From NCBI GenBank assembly GCA_027021365.1, contig JALUUM010000008.1, positions 2,804-66,803 on the forward strand: DNA of 64,000 nt. Direction: 5' to 3'. Source of the stretch: Spirochaetales bacterium. Lineage in GTDB: Bacteria; Spirochaetota; Spirochaetia; SZUA-6. Shown in pieces: positions 1 through 8,171 of the stretch (position 1 is its first letter; each line of letters begins with the position of its first letter). The notes beneath the pieces were generated by a model. The model was not told the DNA's origin. It worked only from the letters and a program-made list of their open reading frames with translations, and ran no database searches. A program made the translations under genes and the position numbers.

Positions 1-1580
1 TGTGGATCCAGTCTTGATAAGAGAAAAACTAACTTATGTAATACCCCCATAGGGAAAGCACCAGAACCCACAGCAGGGTCCAATACCTTTAAATTATTAA
101 TGGATTCAATAACTAAATCAGTTTCCTCATCGGTAAAAGGATTAAGCTCGCTATTAGATGAAAATAAATCCTCTAACTTCTCATTGAAATTAACTATCTT
201 ATTATCAAGCTTTGCTCTAAAATATTCTTTCAAAGATTGTTCAACCATATAATTTACAATAGGCCGAGGTGTGTAATAACTCCCTGTCGTCTTTCTCGCT
301 GTAGTTGCTGTTTCAGGGTTATAACTGGCTAGTAGGTTTTCAAAAACTCTCCCTAACAGTTCAGGATCTAGTGCAACCTCTTCGTCATCCGGTGTATTTT
401 CATCAATTGTAAAATTATAAGAGCTTAAAATTGTTATTAATCCCCTTACGCGATATTTTTTCTCCTTTGTACCGTAATCGGAATTTAGATCTTCCTTTCT
501 CTCATCTGAAAAAAACAAATAATTAGGCACATTCGGTTGTTTAGAAGGGACATCAGAAAATCCATCAATCCTAATTTCTCTTCCTGTCTCATTTGATGGA
601 TCCTTTTTCGCTTTATCCAAACATTCGAATAAACCACCATTCAAGAAAGGGATATCCTTAAAAAGCAAAACCATGTCATCCGGATTTTTAAAAAGAGAAG
701 AGTATCTGTAATAGCTATGATTCATATAATCATCATTATAAAAATTATTTTTCCGTTCTTCAGTTCTAAACTTTCTCTCTTTTATGGGTATATTCAAAGT
801 AGCAAAGAAAAGATTCTGCAGTATAGCTTTATAGTAATTATTATCTTCATCAGAGAAGGATTTTAAATATTTAGAAATTTTACTTTTATTAAAAAGCTCA
901 TCTCCAATTAATCCCTTTTGCTTCATAAACCAAACAAATATCAGTCTTGTAATCAATCTTATAACTGCTATATTTCTGCCATTCTGTTCTTTTTCTGCAT
1001 CCCTGGGAAACTTTACTTTTTTTAATGCCCAAAAATACCAGTTAGCTATCTCTCTATAAAACGCTTCTGTTACTTTTTCTACACTAAAAGCTTCTTTTAA
1101 ACTATCCAGACTGGAAAAATCAGCTTCTTCAATCTGATGAATAAATGTTTTATTTGTCTCATTCCTACTAACATAATAAGTATACCTTTTAAAATTGCTC
1201 CAATCTCTTTTGCCGCCCTCTTTGGGAATATCATAAATTAATGAAAAACGAAAACTTCCTTCATCATCATAAAAAATAAATATTCCACCGGAATATTCAA
1301 TTTTATCTTTAAGTATACTTTTACCAATTTTGTATTGCTTCTTTTTACCAGAGCGCTCAGTAAGTTTTCTATTAACTTTAAAGGCATATATGCAAATCTT
1401 TTCATCAATCGATAAATCTATTTCACCTACATTTAGTCCATTACCAAAATCCTCATCTTCACCAATCTGAATCTCTTCGTTAATTGGTCGGAACCTGCGA
1501 CTTTTAATTCTAAAAAGATTGCTTAACTTTTCAGTTTCAAAATCTTGTATTAAATCCTCAATCACCTCTCGCACAGACAT
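1..1580 (-). CDS. N6-adenine DNA methyltransferase, PglX / type IIG (Eco57I-like) family; N-terminal ~526 aa only, 3' end lies beyond the window start
   Basis: Minus-strand ATG at 1578-1580 overlaps the TAA stop of the upstream helicase gene (TAATG). My translation of the reverse complement is open to position 1. It contains RLITRLIFVWFMKQKGLI (the RLIFxxFxExGLL-type helix of type IIG/PglX enzymes), TGSYYTPRPIV (motif X, YTP) and, about 65 aa later, LDPAVGSGAFPMG (motif I, DPAxGSG). Order X then I fits a gamma-class N6A methyltransferase. Not in the ORF track because it is incomplete. Confidence 0.6.
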   Translation of the reverse strand, partial: MSVREVIEDLIQDFETEKLSNLFRIKSRRFRPINEEIQIGEDEDFGNGLNVGEIDLSIDEKICIYAFKVNRKLTERSGKKKQYKIGKSILKDKIEYSGGIFIFYDDEGSFRFSLIYDIPKEGGKRDWSNFKRYTYYVSRNETNKTFIHQIEEADFSSLDSLKEAFSVEKVTEAFYREIANWYFWALKKVKFPRDAEKEQNGRNIAVIRLITRLIFVWFMKQKGLIGDELFNKSKISKYLKSFSDEDNNYYKAILQNLFFATLNIPIKERKFRTEERKNNFYNDDYMNHSYYRYSSLFKNPDDMVLLFKDIPFLNGGLFECLDKAKKDPSNETGREIRIDGFSDVPSKQPNVPNYLFFSDERKEDLNSDYGTKEKKYRVRGLITILSSYNFTIDENTPDDEEVALDPELLGRVFENLLASYNPETATTARKTTGSYYTPRPIVNYMVEQSLKEYFRAKLDNKIVNFNEKLEDLFSSNSELNPFTDEETDLVIESINNLKVLDPAVGSGAFPMGVLHKLVFLLSRLDP

Positions 1581-4500
1581 TACAATTCTCCTGCTTCATT
1601 TTTATTTCTATTCTCAATAGCAATTATTATTTCTTTTTTAAGCTCTTTGATCCTTGATTTTTCTTTCTCAAGATAATTTTCTCCAAGCTCATCCATTAAA
1701 CTTTTAAGTTCGTTTACAACTTTTTCCAAATTATCAGTTTTGATGTTTGCAATCCTTCGGAGAGTATAATCTGAGAGGGTTCCATATTCGACAATATCCT
1801 CTCTAAGACTTCTTAAAAATCTTTTAAACCTAAGCAACTCGTTATCGTTGTTTACTCTTATTAGATACTGGAGATTATTTAATGCTTTTCTCTCTAAGCT
1901 TTGTTCACTGATAGCTATTGAGACATTTTCTTTATAATCCTTAATCAATTTATAGTTTTTCCAGAAATAACTGCTAAGCGGAATTGCTTTTTCCTCTGGT
2001 CCACATTCTATATTTTCAATTACATCTTCAAGTGTTACATCTTTAGGTTTTTTATCCTTCTCTCCCAGTTCCACTATATACATACGACTTTTCCTAAAAA
2101 ATACCAGCAATTTATTTTTATCAAAATATTTTGCTACTTTTATACGTGGCGGAAAACTGTTAAGGCCTTTAATCAAATTAGGATATTCTTTCTTTATATT
2201 TTCAAATATATTCAGAATTTTTGTATACAAACTTTCCATCTCAAGATTATCTGGATTTTCCTGCAGCCGTTGATATAAACCGGATGGAGTTGGTTCCTCA
2301 TCTATATCAAATATCTTAGAATCCTCACCAAGAGCATTATGAATGAGGAACATTTTGTTCTGAGCAATTTCCCTCGACTTAACTATTTCAGCCCCCTCTT
2401 CAGTGGGAAAGAAATTAACAATATAAAGTTCGTCGAATATTTTCTTACTTATCCTGTTAATGCGGCCAAGCCTTTGAATAACTCGTACAGGATTCCACGG
2501 TATATCGTAGTTTACTATTATTCCTGCCCTATTAAGATTAAAACCTTCAGAAATCTTATCAGTACATAAGAGAATATCATGATCATTTTCCTGCTCTGGA
2601 TAAGAAGCATCAAAGTTTTTATATATCTTTTCCGCTTTTGAAGTACTTAAATCTGAGCTTATAACAAGTAATCTATCACCAAAAGCTTTTCTAAGCTTAT
2701 TTTCTAAATATTTTACTGTATCTAAATATTCAGAAAAAATAATTACTTTTCTATCTGGTTCTTCTCTTCGCAATTTGTTTAATTTTTCTATTAAACATTT
2801 GCTTTTCGGATCATTATTTACAAGAGCTAAACTGGAAAGTTTCTTTAAAATTTTTTCAAATAATTCTATATCGGATTTTATATCCTGGACAAATTTTTCT
2901 TTATATCTAAATTTCTCAATTTTATAACGCTTATGCTTCTTTGGATAAACACCATTCCTTATCTGTTCCTCATAATCTAAAAGATATTTTTCTATTTCAT
3001 CCGTATCCAATTGGTATATTTTCTCTAGCAGTGTACGATCTAAAATATATTCACCTTTATACGGGTTACCATCTCCTGTCTTTATTATAAAATCCAAAGC
3101 ATCTTCATATATTTTTTTAAAATTTCTTATGCTCTGCTCAAAGGCACCAAAGGAACTTTCAAATCTCTTGACAATCAGTCTCCTCATGAAATCAAAAAGG
3201 TTTCTTTGCTGATAGAACTCACGATTTTTTTCTAATTTGGAAATTCCTTTGTTATTATTTATTACATCATCATTATAATTCTGCGCCCCCTCTTCATATT
3301 CAAAGGGTCTATAAATTGCTCCCTTGAATTTTCCTCCATTATCAGGATCCCCAAAATATTCCTTAATAATATCATCGTAAAAATAAGATTGTTCTCTTGT
3401 TAATTCAAAAAACCATTCCTTAGGATCTGCAACTTTTGACAGATTATCAACTTCATCCTTGTAATATGGATTGTATAGTAAATCAAGGCGATTTCTTCTA
3501 ATCGTAATTGGCTCTATTACATCTCTTATTTGCTTAGCAAGATAGTGTGTTCTAGCCTTTACTTTTTTTAAATCAATTTTCTTTTCACCAAATAAGGCAA
3601 AATAATATGATTCAGCTTTTTTTCTTTTCTTTAGGTCTTTAGAATTCCAATTCTTATAAATATAACCTAATTTATAGAATATAGTCTTAAATATTCTAAA
3701 TTTATTTACAATATCATCAGTTAGAGAAATCGAAGACTTTTTAGGAACTATAAAAAGTGAAATTAACGAGAGGATATCTGCTGGGCGATTATTGAAAGGA
3801 GTAGCTGTTAGGAGAATAACTATTCTACCTCGGCAAATATTTTTTAAGATTTCATAACTTTGTGTGTCCTGGTTTCTAAATCTATGTGCCTCATCTATAA
3901 TTATGACTTCTATTTCATCGTGAGCTTTTACAAATTCAAGAGTACTTTCTAAATCACCTAAAGATCTTACCTCCCAATCATGCAGACCAAATTCTTCCAT
4001 ATATTTCATCCACCCGGTTTTCTTATTTTTATCCCCAATAATACCAGGAGGACAGATTACAATTCCTCGTTTTCTTAATTGTTTTGCAATAGCACTGGCA
4101 ATTACAGATTTTCCTAACCCAACAACATCAGCAATAACAACACCATTATGGTTATCTATAACTGCTAATGCTTGTTGAACAGCATCAAGTTGATACCTAT
4201 ATGGTTTATAACCATTCTTCTCTAATAAATTTATTAATGTTTCACCAATTTCTTTTTGCTGAAAAGAATCTAAATAGCTTTTTAACACTAAACAGTAAGC
4301 TTCAAAGGGGGTAATCTCTTTTATTATGGTTTCATTTTCAATTAGTTTTATTAATCTTTTTTTTACTTCATTATCTTCTGTTATTTGGACTCCTTTTTCC
4401 CAAAGATCATCAAAATAATCCTCTGCATCTTCAAACCCATAATCAGAAATCTCAACATTAAATTCATCCTGTATTGTCAAACCTAATTTTGTTAAATTAC

Positions 4501-4969
4501 TGCTACCTGTAATGAAAAGGTTTCTTCTTCCAATCTGCTGAGATTCCAGTTTAAATAAATACAATTTAGCATGATTAGGATTATATGTTTTCCTTATTAT
4601 TAATCTATCTTCTTTGATAAGGTTTATAAAATATTTTATCTGTTCATAAAATTCTTCATTGTCAACATCATCAGAATTCAGTGTTTTTTTAACTGAGTTA
4701 AAAAAGAATTCTAACCTCTCCTCATCTGATAAATTATTTGTTTTCTCCCCATACTCTATTAATCCCAGATTAGTATTATCAACATTAAGACCAACCAATA
4801 CTTTTAAAATAACATTAGGATTATTTCTTAAACCTCTGTATAACTCCCGAATTCCAGAAAAGTAGAAAAAACCTACAAGAAATTTAAGTTCTTCACTTCC
4901 TCCAATTAATTCTAAAAGGCGTTTTTTTAGGTTCTTATTTGTACTATTATTTGTAATAAAATTTGGCAT
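1580..4969 (-). CDS. PLD-family nuclease fused to an SNF2-family helicase (1129 aa)
   Basis: N-terminus has NPNHAKLYLF...ITGSSNLT (HxK...GSxN PLD/HKD motif). Helicase motifs DVVGLGKSV (I), IIIDEAHRFRN (II, DEAH), LLTATPFNN (SNF2 motif III) and QRLGRINRIS (VI). Start ATG lies 3 nt after the stop of the upstream gene; stop overlaps the start of the methyltransferase gene. Confidence 0.85.
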   Translation of the reverse strand: MPNFITNNSTNKNLKKRLLELIGGSEELKFLVGFFYFSGIRELYRGLRNNPNVILKVLVGLNVDNTNLGLIEYGEKTNNLSDEERLEFFFNSVKKTLNSDDVDNEEFYEQIKYFINLIKEDRLIIRKTYNPNHAKLYLFKLESQQIGRRNLFITGSSNLTKLGLTIQDEFNVEISDYGFEDAEDYFDDLWEKGVQITEDNEVKKRLIKLIENETIIKEITPFEAYCLVLKSYLDSFQQKEIGETLINLLEKNGYKPYRYQLDAVQQALAVIDNHNGVVIADVVGLGKSVIASAIAKQLRKRGIVICPPGIIGDKNKKTGWMKYMEEFGLHDWEVRSLGDLESTLEFVKAHDEIEVIIIDEAHRFRNQDTQSYEILKNICRGRIVILLTATPFNNRPADILSLISLFIVPKKSSISLTDDIVNKFRIFKTIFYKLGYIYKNWNSKDLKKRKKAESYYFALFGEKKIDLKKVKARTHYLAKQIRDVIEPITIRRNRLDLLYNPYYKDEVDNLSKVADPKEWFFELTREQSYFYDDIIKEYFGDPDNGGKFKGAIYRPFEYEEGAQNYNDDVINNNKGISKLEKNREFYQQRNLFDFMRRLIVKRFESSFGAFEQSIRNFKKIYEDALDFIIKTGDGNPYKGEYILDRTLLEKIYQLDTDEIEKYLLDYEEQIRNGVYPKKHKRYKIEKFRYKEKFVQDIKSDIELFEKILKKLSSLALVNNDPKSKCLIEKLNKLRREEPDRKVIIFSEYLDTVKYLENKLRKAFGDRLLVISSDLSTSKAEKIYKNFDASYPEQENDHDILLCTDKISEGFNLNRAGIIVNYDIPWNPVRVIQRLGRINRISKKIFDELYIVNFFPTEEGAEIVKSREIAQNKMFLIHNALGEDSKIFDIDEEPTPSGLYQRLQENPDNLEMESLYTKILNIFENIKKEYPNLIKGLNSFPPRIKVAKYFDKNKLLVFFRKSRMYIVELGEKDKKPKDVTLEDVIENIECGPEEKAIPLSSYFWKNYKLIKDYKENVSIAISEQSLERKALNNLQYLIRVNNDNELLRFKRFLRSLREDIVEYGTLSDYTLRRIANIKTDNLEKVVNELKSLMDELGENYLEKEKSRIKELKKEIIIAIENRNKNEAGEL

Positions 4970-4971
4970 AT

Positions 4972-5766
4972 TTATTTCCTCTTAATAAAATCTATATCCG
5001 TTTCTTTGCACTTTCTCTTTGTCTGGTCAAAGGTTACAGGGGAATAGTAGGTGCCCGGGTCCTGATATATATCCAGGCCACGGCCAGGAATAATCCTCCA
5101 GCCTTTATCAGTTTCTATCGAACGGTCATGAAGCTTGTCATCGAACTCATATTTAAAATTTATGTTGAGCTCATCCAGGGCCTTTTTTAGCTCTTCAAGC
5201 TTGTGTATCTGTTTCTCTTTTTCTTCTTCTGTAGATTCGTGCCCTGTAACCAGAGTAACCTCTATTCTTTCTTCACCAGGTTTCTTATCCGGTAAGATAC
5301 TACAGAAGGCAACAAGATTTTTTATCTGGTACTCTTTTCTAATGTAGGCATCTCTTATAATAATTCTACACGCATCCTTAATGTATGGATAAAAGAGGTT
5401 CTTATAGGAGTATCCTGTTTCATTCTCACTAATTCTAATTGTCATCTCCTCCGGCTCCCTGTAAGGATCAAGTTTTCCCTCCAATGGTTTTTCAGGTTGG
5501 CTTTTAGGTCTTTCGCCGCTTTCTTCTAAGGTTTTCCCTTTTTCTGTTAAGTTGTCACCTGCTTTCCCTACTATCTCTTTTACCCTGCCTATTTTCCCAT
5601 CTTCAAGTTTAACCATTATCCCATACGGATGAAATTGAGCTTTTGTAAGTATCTCGCTAACCACTCCTTCGAAGGTATTGCCGCTTCTATAGTCTCCCTT
5701 TAAAGCAATTCTAACTTTAAGCCCAGGCGAGATGTTGTCTCTGTAATTGCCCCGATCGTCAGGCAT
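4972..5766 (-). CDS. YwbE/DUF2196-like N-terminal domain fused to an uncharacterised C-terminal domain (264 aa); first gene of the defence-like operon
   Basis: Residues ~15-65, KVRIALKGDYRSGNTFEGVVSEILTKAQFHPYGIMVKLEDGKIGRVKEI, match the small YwbE (TIGR03833-like) fold as I remember it. The C-terminal half contains HDRSIETDKGWRIIPGRGLDIY, reminiscent of an MIT_C / degenerate PLD-like fold; uncertain. Followed by an AT-rich promoter-like region at 5767-5876. Confidence 0.45.
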   Translation of the reverse strand: MPDDRGNYRDNISPGLKVRIALKGDYRSGNTFEGVVSEILTKAQFHPYGIMVKLEDGKIGRVKEIVGKAGDNLTEKGKTLEESGERPKSQPEKPLEGKLDPYREPEEMTIRISENETGYSYKNLFYPYIKDACRIIIRDAYIRKEYQIKNLVAFCSILPDKKPGEERIEVTLVTGHESTEEEKEKQIHKLEELKKALDELNINFKYEFDDKLHDRSIETDKGWRIIPGRGLDIYQDPGTYYSPVTFDQTKRKCKETDIDFIKRK

Positions 5767-5876
5767 AGTTATACATTCTCTCCAACATCTCTAATAATAC
5801 TTATTAAGAGAGAATTATCAATTAAGTTTTATATATAGTCTTCATATGGAGCTTCATCTTTCCCTCACTTCCGCCC

Positions 5877-6497
5877 TTACTTCCACACAAGGTCGAGAAA
5901 GAGCGATGTGGCTGCTACAGATTCACCTTCTATAAACATATAATTGGCAGCGATGCCGATATCCAGGCCAAAGCCGGTGTATTTGTTCAAAAGGTCGTAA
6001 GCTGCAAAGAGCTTTACCCCGTAACCGAAAGAACTTACTGTAGATGTTCCGACATTGGAGACCGCGACTATTCTTGAAAGCCCTGCACAACTTCCCAGGG
6101 AAAGGCCTCTGCCAAAGGGATAGTACTTTATACCGGGGGCAAAGAGATAAGTATTTAACTGCATGTAATAACCGTAAACGTCTTCTAAACGATCACCGAT
6201 TCCAGTTGCAGACAGTAAAAAATAGGCGTTACCAGTAATGTACCAGCCTAAATTGACATTCAGCATAAGAGAGCCCCTTTGAAGGCCATAAGAGGCTATG
6301 TAAGCAAGGTATGCATCTGTATCCGATCCATAACTTAGCCCCACCATGCCTCCGCCAATCTCAAAGAGGAAACCCCGCTTTTTCTCGATTGACTCTGGTG
6401 AGTCCAATGGGTCTGACAATTGGTCGGAACTAACGTATTCGCTCCCGCCCACCAGTAACAGCGAGAGAACAATCACCACTAAATTAAACCTCTTCAT
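5877..6497 (-). CDS. putative outer-membrane beta-barrel protein with signal peptide (206 aa)
   Basis: N-terminal hydrophobic signal (MKRFNLVVIVLSLLLVGGS). Gly/Tyr/aromatic-rich alternating pattern typical of small OM barrels. No specific family recognised. Confidence 0.4.
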   Translation of the reverse strand: MKRFNLVVIVLSLLLVGGSEYVSSDQLSDPLDSPESIEKKRGFLFEIGGGMVGLSYGSDTDAYLAYIASYGLQRGSLMLNVNLGWYITGNAYFLLSATGIGDRLEDVYGYYMQLNTYLFAPGIKYYPFGRGLSLGSCAGLSRIVAVSNVGTSTVSSFGYGVKLFAAYDLLNKYTGFGLDIGIAANYMFIEGESVAATSLFLDLVWK

Positions 6498-6955
6498 TAT
6501 AAAACCTCCTATTCTAACAAATCCGAAATACGTAAACTGAACTGCAAAATCTGTACCAGGGCATTAAGGATGGCTCAAACCGGTGTTATCGAGGATAAGA
6601 GATATTTTGCTTATAAAAAAATGAAACTTTAGTTTCTCCGGAAGTAACTGAAGTTATTTTAAATAGTTGAAAAAGGTTGTAACTTTAAAAGAATAAAGAT
6701 TGGTTGTATTAATCCCAGGATTCTAAGCTCACCTTTTCCCACTCATCATTTATAATTTTATCTTCATTAGAAGTGTATTTGTAGCCTTCAATGAGAATCT
6801 TATCTAATTTCCGAAGATCTTCATTAGTCATAATTTAATATACATACTCTGCTCATAAGATACCATCGGTTTCTTGATCAACCCAACAATTATTGTTAAT
6901 ATTTCAATCCCTACAAATTATAGTTCACTCTAAAATATTTAAGAGGAGTTTTCTT

Positions 6956-7363
6956 ATGTCACAGGAAAAGGTAAGAGAGATAATTAGCGATTCCCAGTTT
7001 GCAGTTCTTGCAACCTCAGTAGATGGGCAGCCCAGGGTAAGGCCCATGAAGTTTGTTGTAACCGATGACTTTAAGTTCTGGTGTTCAACAGTCAACATAA
7101 GCGGGAAGGTTAAAGAGTTAAAACAGAACAACAGGGTGGAAATATGCTGGGTGGACAGTAAAAAGAATCAAGTTAGAGTAGAGGGAATAGTCGATATAAG
7201 CGGCGGTGCAGATAAAAAGAGAAAGCTCTTCGAACTGCATCCCGGGATGCGGAGGCTGTTCAAGGACGAGTACGATCCCAAGCTTGTTCACGTGGAGGTC
7301 GTTCCTACCAATGTAAGATGGAAGGAACCGGGCTTCTGCGAATATCACAAGGTTGATATTTAG
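6956..7363 (+). CDS. pyridoxamine 5'-phosphate oxidase-like FMN-binding protein (general stress protein 26 type)
   Basis: MSQEKVREIISDSQFAVLATSVDGQPRVRPMKF... matches the PNPOx-like split-barrel pattern. AGGAG RBS 8 nt upstream of the ATG at 6956; the ORF-track start at 6893 lacks an RBS. Confidence 0.6.
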   Translation: MSQEKVREIISDSQFAVLATSVDGQPRVRPMKFVVTDDFKFWCSTVNISGKVKELKQNNRVEICWVDSKKNQVRVEGIVDISGGADKKRKLFELHPGMRRLFKDEYDPKLVHVEVVPTNVRWKEPGFCEYHKVDI

Positions 7364-7415
7364 AACGGCAAAAGCTGTAACCCGATAAGCAACCATCTCA
7401 ATAAACAATAATAGA

Positions 7416-7850
7416 TTGCAAAAGCCACTTCTTTATCTTAAAGTAATTAAAGTGAAGGATACAATCGACATAGTAAAGGAAATAATCAACTCGAAAAGAG
7501 GGATAACTTTAGCCATTCTCTATGGCTCGTTTGCCACAGGAAGAATCACTCCCGGCAGTGATATCGATATTGCAGTAGCGGCCAAAAACCCTATGTCTCC
7601 GGAAGAACTTGCAGAGATCAACCTGGAAATATCTGAAAAAACAGGAAGAAATACCGATGTAGTGGATTTAAACAGGGCAGAAGGAATTCTACTGAAAGAG
7701 ATTCTAACCAAGGGTAAACTTTTAAAAAAAGAAGACAGTAATCAGTATGCCAAGTTTATCATAAAGATGTTGGATTATCAGGAAGACATGGCTCCAAATG
7801 TAAGGCACATACTCAATACGAAAGTAAAAAGGTTTCTAAAAAATGGATGA
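7416..7850 (+). CDS. minimal nucleotidyltransferase (MNT, MntA-like antitoxin of HEPN/MNT modules)
   Basis: GSFATGRITPGSDIDIAV is the Pol-beta-type GS...DxD NTase signature. The gene overlaps the downstream HEPN gene by 8 nt. Confidence 0.75.
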   Translation: MQKPLLYLKVIKVKDTIDIVKEIINSKRGITLAILYGSFATGRITPGSDIDIAVAAKNPMSPEELAEINLEISEKTGRNTDVVDLNRAEGILLKEILTKGKLLKKEDSNQYAKFIIKMLDYQEDMAPNVRHILNTKVKRFLKNG

Positions 7851-8085
7851 TGTAGTTTTAAATAAACTGGAATCTCTTACACGTTGTATAGGGAGGATAG
7901 AATCAAAACAACCTTTTTCCGTAGAACAATTAAAAAATAATTATGACTTGCAAGATATCATTTCCATAAACTTAGAAAGAGCAATTCAACTGTGTGTGGA
8001 TATTGGTTCTCACATTCTGGCTATAAAAAACTTGCCTGCTCCAAATTCCTTAAGAACCACCTTTAAAACCCACGTGGAAACATAA
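7843..8085 (+). CDS. HEPN (HepT/DUF86-like) protein, apparently C-terminally truncated (80 aa)
   Basis: NLERAIQLCVDIGSHILA aligns with the central helix of HepT. The protein stops before the expected RNxxxHxY (Rx4-6H) catalytic motif, and no frame downstream restores it. Confidence 0.55.
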   Translation: MDDVVLNKLESLTRCIGRIESKQPFSVEQLKNNYDLQDIISINLERAIQLCVDIGSHILAIKNLPAPNSLRTTFKTHVET

Positions 8086-8171
8086 GTAACTTCGGTTACT
8101 TTTCTCGTAACCGGAGTTATGAAGAAAACGGCAATAGATATGTAATCAGGCATTACAAGGGCATTTCAAGT

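Noticed and set aside
1580-4969. Whether the 1129-aa protein is a type III restriction Res subunit or a type I HsdR
   Set aside because: It has SNF2 motif III (LLTATPFNN) rather than the SF2 Res/HsdR pattern, and its nuclease is PLD-type rather than PD-(D/E)xK. The partner methyltransferase is of the large PglX/IIG type rather than Mod or HsdM. A classical type I or type III assignment is therefore unlikely.
8086-8171. Possibility that the HEPN C-terminus continues in another frame just downstream
   Set aside because: I translated all three forward frames of 8086-8171. None contains an Rx4-6H motif, and frame 0 simply runs into the next gene. I therefore treat HEPN as truncated, not frameshifted over a short distance.
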